Below, in pieces: positions 60,180 through 64,000 of a DNA stretch of 64,000 bases (position 1 is the stretch's first letter; every line of letters starts with the position of its first letter). Origin of the DNA: Arenicellales bacterium (GTDB taxonomy: Bacteria > Pseudomonadota > Gammaproteobacteria > Arenicellales > UBA868); assembly GCA_030754035.1 (NCBI GenBank), contig JASMBC010000001.1, forward strand, positions 117,650 through 181,649. The letters are read 5' to 3'. Under the pieces are notes generated by a model. The model searched no databases, was not told the origin of the DNA, and saw only the letters and a list, made by a program, of their open reading frames with translations. Made by a program: the position numbers and the translations under genes.

Positions 60180-61424
60180 ATGATAGCGCGAAGGGTAGTG
60201 GTCACCGGCCTGGGGTGTATTTCACCGTTGGGCCTCAATCTCGGCGAAACCTGGTCGGGCCTGACAGCAGGTCGCAGCGGCATTTCCACAATAAGCCATT
60301 TCGACGCCAGTGCTTTGCCCTCGTCCATAGCCGGCGAGGCCACCGGATTCGATCCTACCAGTCGCCTGGCTGCTAAAGAAGCACGCAAGATGGACCGTTT
60401 TGTCCAGTTGGGACTGGTGGCCGGATTGGAGGCGTTCGAGGACTCGGGACTTGAAGTCAATGAAGCCAACGCCGACCGGGTCGGAGTGCTCATTGGAGCA
60501 GGAATCGGCGGCCTCGCAACGATAGAGCAGACAACCGCGGTTTATCACGAAAAGGGGCATCGACGCGTATCACCGTTCTATATACCAGCCAGCATTATCA
60601 ATATGGTTTCTGGAAACCTGTCTATCATGTTGGGTTTGCGCGGCCCGAACCTCGCAATTGTTACAGCCTGCACAACGGGCACTCATTCGATCGGGCAAGC
60701 TGCGCGAATGATCCGCACTGGCGATGCCGATGTCATGGTCGCCGGCGGAACCGAAGCGGCGCTTACCCCCACATCTCTTGCAGGTTTTGCTGCAGCGCGG
60801 GCGTTGAGTCGCCGGAATAACGCACCAGCGGCTGCTAGCCGTCCTTGGGACGTGGACCGGGATGGTTTTGTTATGGGGGAGGGGGCAGGTGTACTGATGC
60901 TGGAAGAACTCACCCATGCCCATGATCGGGGCGCGTGCATATACGCTGAACTTAAAGGCTTCGGAATGAGCGCCGATGCCCACCACATAACTCAGCCGGC
61001 AGCAGGCGGCAAAGGAGCCTCGCGCTGCATGGAGAATGCGCTGCGCGACGCCATGATTGATCATGAAGACATTGACTACGTTAACGCCCACGGCACCTCA
61101 ACACCGCTTGGCGATGCGGCTGAAACGGTTGCACTGAAAAGAACTTTTGGCACCCATGCGGGGAAACTTGCGGTCAGTTCGAACAAATCAATGATCGGGC
61201 ACCTGCTTGGTGCTGCAGGCGGTGTAGAAGCGGTGGCCACCGTAATGACCCTGTACGAGCAGGTGATCCCACCAACGATCAACCTCGACAATCCTGACCC
61301 CGACTGCGATCTGGACTACGTCCCGGGCACGGCCCGACAAGCCTCGCTGACAGCGGCGATCTCAAACTCCTTCGGTTTCGGCGGTACCAACGGCAGCCTG
61401 GTATTCAGTCGTTACATAGGTTGA
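60180..61424 (+). CDS. fabF: 3-oxoacyl-ACP synthase II
   Basis: It has the active-site Cys in IVTACTTG, and His residues in NAHGTSTPLGD and IGHLLGAAG. Length is 414 aa. Confidence 0.95.
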   Translation: MIARRVVVTGLGCISPLGLNLGETWSGLTAGRSGISTISHFDASALPSSIAGEATGFDPTSRLAAKEARKMDRFVQLGLVAGLEAFEDSGLEVNEANADRVGVLIGAGIGGLATIEQTTAVYHEKGHRRVSPFYIPASIINMVSGNLSIMLGLRGPNLAIVTACTTGTHSIGQAARMIRTGDADVMVAGGTEAALTPTSLAGFAAARALSRRNNAPAAASRPWDVDRDGFVMGEGAGVLMLEELTHAHDRGACIYAELKGFGMSADAHHITQPAAGGKGASRCMENALRDAMIDHEDIDYVNAHGTSTPLGDAAETVALKRTFGTHAGKLAVSSNKSMIGHLLGAAGGVEAVATVMTLYEQVIPPTINLDNPDPDCDLDYVPGTARQASLTAAISNSFGFGGTNGSLVFSRYIG

Positions 61425-61452
61425 TGCCTGGAGAAGGCTGACGGCGCACCTG

Positions 61453-62487
61453 GTGGAAGCACAAACCCGTAAATCCCACCGGTCATTGGGACAGTATCGT
61501 ATTCAGACCGCCGTCATACTCATACTAGCGGCGTTGATCTGCACTGGTGGAGGTACGATCTACTATTTATACCGTGCCGTTCATGTGCCGGTTCCAGCGG
61601 AAAGCAGCAATTTTCTTGTCACTTCAGGTTCCAGTCTGCCTGACTTCACGCGGGCACTGAAAAAGCAAGGCATCGTCGCAACTGAATGGCCGTTGCAAGT
61701 GTGGGCGCTGATAAGCGGGGCGGCCGGCTCACTCAAGGCCGGAGAATACAGTTTTGAGACCGGCGATACGGCGGCCAAAATGCTTAGCAAAGTTGTCCGT
61801 GGGGAAGGCGTGCAACGCAAATTCACAATTCTTGAAGGATGGACGTTTCGCGATCTACGCGACGCTCTGGGCAAGAATAAAGCTCTAAAGCAGATAACCC
61901 GTGACCTTAACGACAACGAAATCCTCGATCAACTAGGCATCGGAAAGTCGCACCCCGAGGGCCTTTTTTTCCCCGATACCTATTTCTTCGTTCACGGACA
62001 TACGGACCTTGACTTGTTGCGCCGCTCGGCATTGAAAATGTCTACTGAGTTACAGGCGGCCTGGACAGAACGAGCGAACGGGCTGCCGTACGACAACCCT
62101 TACGCGGCACTGATTATGGCGTCGATTGTCGAGAAAGAAGCGCTATTGGACGTAGAGAAGCCCACTATCAGTGGGGTTCTCTGTAATCGCTTACACCAGG
62201 GGATGCGCTTGCAGGCGGACCCCACCGTCATTTACGGTCTCGGTTCAGGCTTTGACGGTGATCTCAAGCGCCGACACCTGCGCCAAGACTCCCCGTACAA
62301 TACCTACAAGAGGAAAGGCTTGCCGCCCACGCCAATCGCGCTTCCTGGGGCGGCGGCCTTGGCTGCCGCTGTGAATCCGGCCAATACCAAGGCAATATAT
62401 TTTGTTGCTCGGGGCGATGGCAGCCATCAGTTTTCTACAACCCTTCAGGAACACAACGCAGCAGTGCGCACGTATCAATTAAAATAA
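61453..62487 (+). CDS. mltG: endolytic murein transglycosylase MltG (YceG)
   Basis: It has an N-terminal TM helix and a YceG-like domain (ILEGWTFRD, ASIVEKE, YNTYKRKGLPPTPI). Confidence 0.9.
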   Translation: MEAQTRKSHRSLGQYRIQTAVILILAALICTGGGTIYYLYRAVHVPVPAESSNFLVTSGSSLPDFTRALKKQGIVATEWPLQVWALISGAAGSLKAGEYSFETGDTAAKMLSKVVRGEGVQRKFTILEGWTFRDLRDALGKNKALKQITRDLNDNEILDQLGIGKSHPEGLFFPDTYFFVHGHTDLDLLRRSALKMSTELQAAWTERANGLPYDNPYAALIMASIVEKEALLDVEKPTISGVLCNRLHQGMRLQADPTVIYGLGSGFDGDLKRRHLRQDSPYNTYKRKGLPPTPIALPGAAALAAAVNPANTKAIYFVARGDGSHQFSTTLQEHNAAVRTYQLK

Positions 62488-62506
62488 GGACGAAAAGGAA
62501 TCCGGC

Positions 62507-63130
62507 GTGAGCGGGAAGTTAATCACATTTGAAGGTGGCGACGGCGCGGGTAAGACTACTCAGGTCGCACTGCTGAGTGCGACGCTGCGGGCCAAAGGCG
62601 TGAATGTTCTAGTAACACGGGAACCTGGCGGTACTGAAATCGGCGAGAGAATTCGAGATCTGATTCTGCACGACCCGGTGACCCTTGTTACCGCTGCTGA
62701 ATTGCTGCTTATTTTTGCAGCCCGGGCACAGCATATCGTAGAGGTGATTCGGCCAGCGCTGGCAAGGGATAAGTGGGTTCTGTGCGACCGTTTCACCGAT
62801 GCCACTTTCGCTTACCAGGGTGGGGGTAGGGGGGTGCCCGCTGAACGGGTAACGCAACTGGAGTCTATCGTCCACCATGGCCTGCAGCCGGACCTTACCC
62901 TGTTACTCGACTTGCCGGTCACCGAGGGAATGGCGCGCAGCGTAGCAAGAGGCAAGGGCGAGGACCGCTTTGAAAGTCAGGATGTCGCTTTTAAAGAACG
63001 AATCCGGGCAACTTACCTGGCCAGGCAGGCGAGTGCGGCACATAGGATTCGACTGGTTGACGCCAGTGCGCAAATCGAAGTGGTGCAGGCCCAGATCAAG
63101 AAACTCGTGCTGCAGGTGCTCGAGCCATGA
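62507..63130 (+). CDS. tmk: thymidylate kinase
   Basis: It has the P-loop FEGGDGAGKTT and the DRF motif (CDRFTDATFAYQG). Confidence 0.93.
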   Translation: MSGKLITFEGGDGAGKTTQVALLSATLRAKGVNVLVTREPGGTEIGERIRDLILHDPVTLVTAAELLLIFAARAQHIVEVIRPALARDKWVLCDRFTDATFAYQGGGRGVPAERVTQLESIVHHGLQPDLTLLLDLPVTEGMARSVARGKGEDRFESQDVAFKERIRATYLARQASAAHRIRLVDASAQIEVVQAQIKKLVLQVLEP

Positions 63131-64000
63131 TCCCGTACCAGGTTTCCACGCTTCCCTGGCTGGAGACGCAGTGGCGACAAATGATCGAGCGCGGTCAGGC
63201 GTTACCGCACGCTGTTCTGTTGAACGGAAAACCCGGTATCGGCAAGCTTGCGCTTGCCTTCGGGATTGCCCGGGTACTTCTTTGCCGCCGCGATAGTGGC
63301 AGGGAGCCTTGTGGTAATTGCGGCAGTTGTACACTACTAGACAGCGGCACACATCCGGATCTACATCTGCTTACTACCGAGCAGCAGCTTGAAAGGGGCG
63401 AGGGCCTAGTACCCGCTTATGGGGCCCGCTATTCGGCGCCTGCGACAACAACTAAAGGTAGACAAGCGCGGGTCAGCGAAATCATTGGCGTAGATACTAT
63501 CCGGGCATTGACTGGGAAGCTTAGCTCGACTGCCGGACAGGGGCTTCGCAAGGTGGCGCTGATTTATCCGGCCGACGCTATGAATATCAATGCTGCCAAC
63601 GCATTACTGAAGTTCCTCGAGGAGCCAACACCTGCTACTCACTTGTTGCTGATTACGGCTGATCCGTTCCAATTACCGGCTACGGTTCGCAGCCGCTGCA
63701 GCCGCCTGGAGGTGGCGGCACCAGAAACTGCGGTGGCGTTGGCCTGGCTTGAACGGCTTACAGATAATGTTTCGGAAGACGCCAAGACTCTGTTGCAACA
63801 AGGCTGGGGGCCACTCGAGATTGCAGATCTGATTACCGAGCTGCCAGCTGGGGGATATCGGACGCTCTACCAGACAGCATTGACCAGCGCCGCGGAAGGG
63901 GACGCCGCTGGTGCCCTGACGGCAGTCCTGGAACAACTAGGTGCCCGTAGAGCCATGCGCTGGTTGCAGCATTCGATGCTCTCGGCTATGCGTCAGCAGG
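63127..64000 (+). CDS. holB: DNA polymerase III delta' subunit (3'-truncated by window edge)
   Basis: The frame stays open to the window end. Motifs are HAVLLNGKPGIGKLALA, the zinc module CGNCGSC, AANALLKFLEEP and RSRC. It overlaps the tmk stop by ATGA. Confidence 0.85.
   Translation, partial: MIPYQVSTLPWLETQWRQMIERGQALPHAVLLNGKPGIGKLALAFGIARVLLCRRDSGREPCGNCGSCTLLDSGTHPDLHLLTTEQQLERGEGLVPAYGARYSAPATTTKGRQARVSEIIGVDTIRALTGKLSSTAGQGLRKVALIYPADAMNINAANALLKFLEEPTPATHLLLITADPFQLPATVRSRCSRLEVAAPETAVALAWLERLTDNVSEDAKTLLQQGWGPLEIADLITELPAGGYRTLYQTALTSAAEGDAAGALTAVLEQLGARRAMRWLQHSMLSAMRQQ

Overview
This 64 kb window looks like a gammaproteobacterial chromosomal segment, roughly mid-50s % GC by eye (not computed). 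It is almost entirely housekeeping genes in classic conserved strings: accA-tilS-pyrG-kdsA-eno-ftsB; ygfZ | sdhCDAB-sdhE; nadB | lepA-lepB-rnc-era-recO-pdxJ; uvrB; tRNA-Val-thrS-infC-rpmI-rplT-pheST-ihfA-merR-tRNA-Pro; surE-pcm-nlpD; hom-thrC; and rne | rluC | maf | rpmF-plsX-fabH-fabG-acpP-fabF-mltG-tmk-holB. I folded three tRNAs by hand (Asn-GTT, Val-GAC, Pro-GGG). I saw no rRNA, CRISPR array, IS element, integrase, prophage or recognisable defence or toxin system. The only accessory-looking stretch is about 19.8-29.5 kb. It holds an L-amino-acid-ligase-like ATP-grasp enzyme, a five-gene Liv-type ABC importer, a DapA-family aldolase paralog and a lower-GC ASKHA/DUF1786-like gene whose ORF runs into tRNA-Asn. 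An orphan FimT-like minor pilin with a C-terminal GRxR motif follows. I did not find a convincing novel multi-gene system. The best leads are that block, the orphan FimT, several expected genes missing from otherwise conserved strings (rpoE-rse, rpoS, yceD, fabD, pabC), and a few small cis elements. Many six-frame track ORFs have over-extended N-termini, which I trimmed. All family calls rest on motif recognition from memory, not on searches.
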